The position numbers were made by a program, and so were the translations under genes. Positions 63,270 through 64,000 of a stretch of DNA of 64,000 nt are shown here, in pieces. The DNA is taken from the NCBI GenBank assembly GCA_965645245.1, contig OZ287071.1:558001-622000 (forward strand), given 5' to 3'. The notes below the pieces were generated by a model that ran no database searches, was not told where the DNA came from, and saw only the letters and a list, made by a program, of their open reading frames with translations. Source of the DNA: Massalongia carnosa. Its lineage: Eukaryota. Numbering within the stretch: the first letter of the stretch is position 1; the number at the start of each line of letters is the position of its first letter.

Positions 63270-64000
63270 ACTTAACGGTAAAGGCGACGACAATTTCGAT
63301 TTCACAAAACAACATCACCATTTTTATTATCGATGAAGAAATTTTATTGCTGAGTTTTTGTTAACTCCATATCAAGAAGCGAGAAGATGAATACATATCG
63401 GTCGTCTGAGCATATACGACTGTCGATATTAGATGAGAAGAATACACTGATCAATCGATGATCATCTGCTGTCCAATTTCAGCTTCTATTAAAGGTGAAT
63501 AAGATAAGTACTCTTAAGGAGAATGAAAGCATTGTTGTGCGTCGATCCATGGTTAATTGATGCAATATTATCCTTATCGAACAGCTCCTCATCCTCTGTC
63601 TTATCCAGATCCTCGTCTGTGTTCTTGACATTCTCGACATCTTCGTCTTCGTCTTTCTTCTCCTTCTTGTTCTTCATACTAAATCACTTGTTTATCACGG
63701 TCGACACCTGAAATCTCATAGGTGAAGCTCTGCAAGATAAGATTATGAACTCGATTCGCGGTCGTATGCGCTTTCTCTTTCCTAGCTACTTTTCGAACCT
63801 CGATACTTTGCAGGTATTGTATTGCATGATGAGGATCGTCATCGTTAGTCCGTTGATCAATCTTGAATGAGTGAGTTTGATGAATTGAGCTCTGAGATTG
63901 ATTGACGCATCGACAGGTGCAATGATAAAATGACAAACAAACCTTCAAGCTCTTCATTAACCGCTATAATTGCCTTTATTCTTTCATCGAACTTCGAAAA
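63270..64000 (-). mobile_element. Probable decayed repeat/transposon or pseudogene fragment (runs off the window)
   Basis: Composition shifts to TCG/CGA/TCA-rich and GG/CC-poor, like the RIP-type relic at 57.5 kb; broken minus-strand frames include an acidic tract (KKDEDEDVENVKNTDEDLDKTEDEE). No diagnostic domain recognised. Confidence 0.4.

Overview
Gene-dense 64 kb of a filamentous ascomycete (Pezizomycotina) genome, judged from short GT-AG introns with CTRAY branch points and from the protein families present. About 22 protein-coding genes can be supported, mostly housekeeping or primary metabolism: CAB4-type PPAT, DCAF7/AN11-type WD40, Atg28-like, Spt5, ureidoglycolate lyase, MDR/enoyl-reductase-like, MFS transporter, MetAP1, kynurenine 3-monooxygenase, alpha/beta hydrolase, patatin TAG lipase, TLC protein, pyruvate kinase, DUF1769 protein, homoisocitrate dehydrogenase, DDX60-like helicase, BRCT protein, HYPK-like, class II DAHP synthase, and a few conserved hypotheticals. 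Non-genic features are an internally deleted Tc1-type transposon relic with TIRs and RIP-like G->A changes (57.3-58.0 kb), two MITE-like perfect inverted repeats (19.3 and 27.8 kb) and probable decayed repeat or gene relics. The most unusual signal is SPT5: it appears to lack the KOWx-KOW4 segment in frame, and its C-terminal repeat is built from tandem phase-0 exons that each start RTPAWDP. I found no convincing new multi-gene system, rRNA, tRNA or CRISPR array. All family assignments come from motif recognition and recall, not from database searches.
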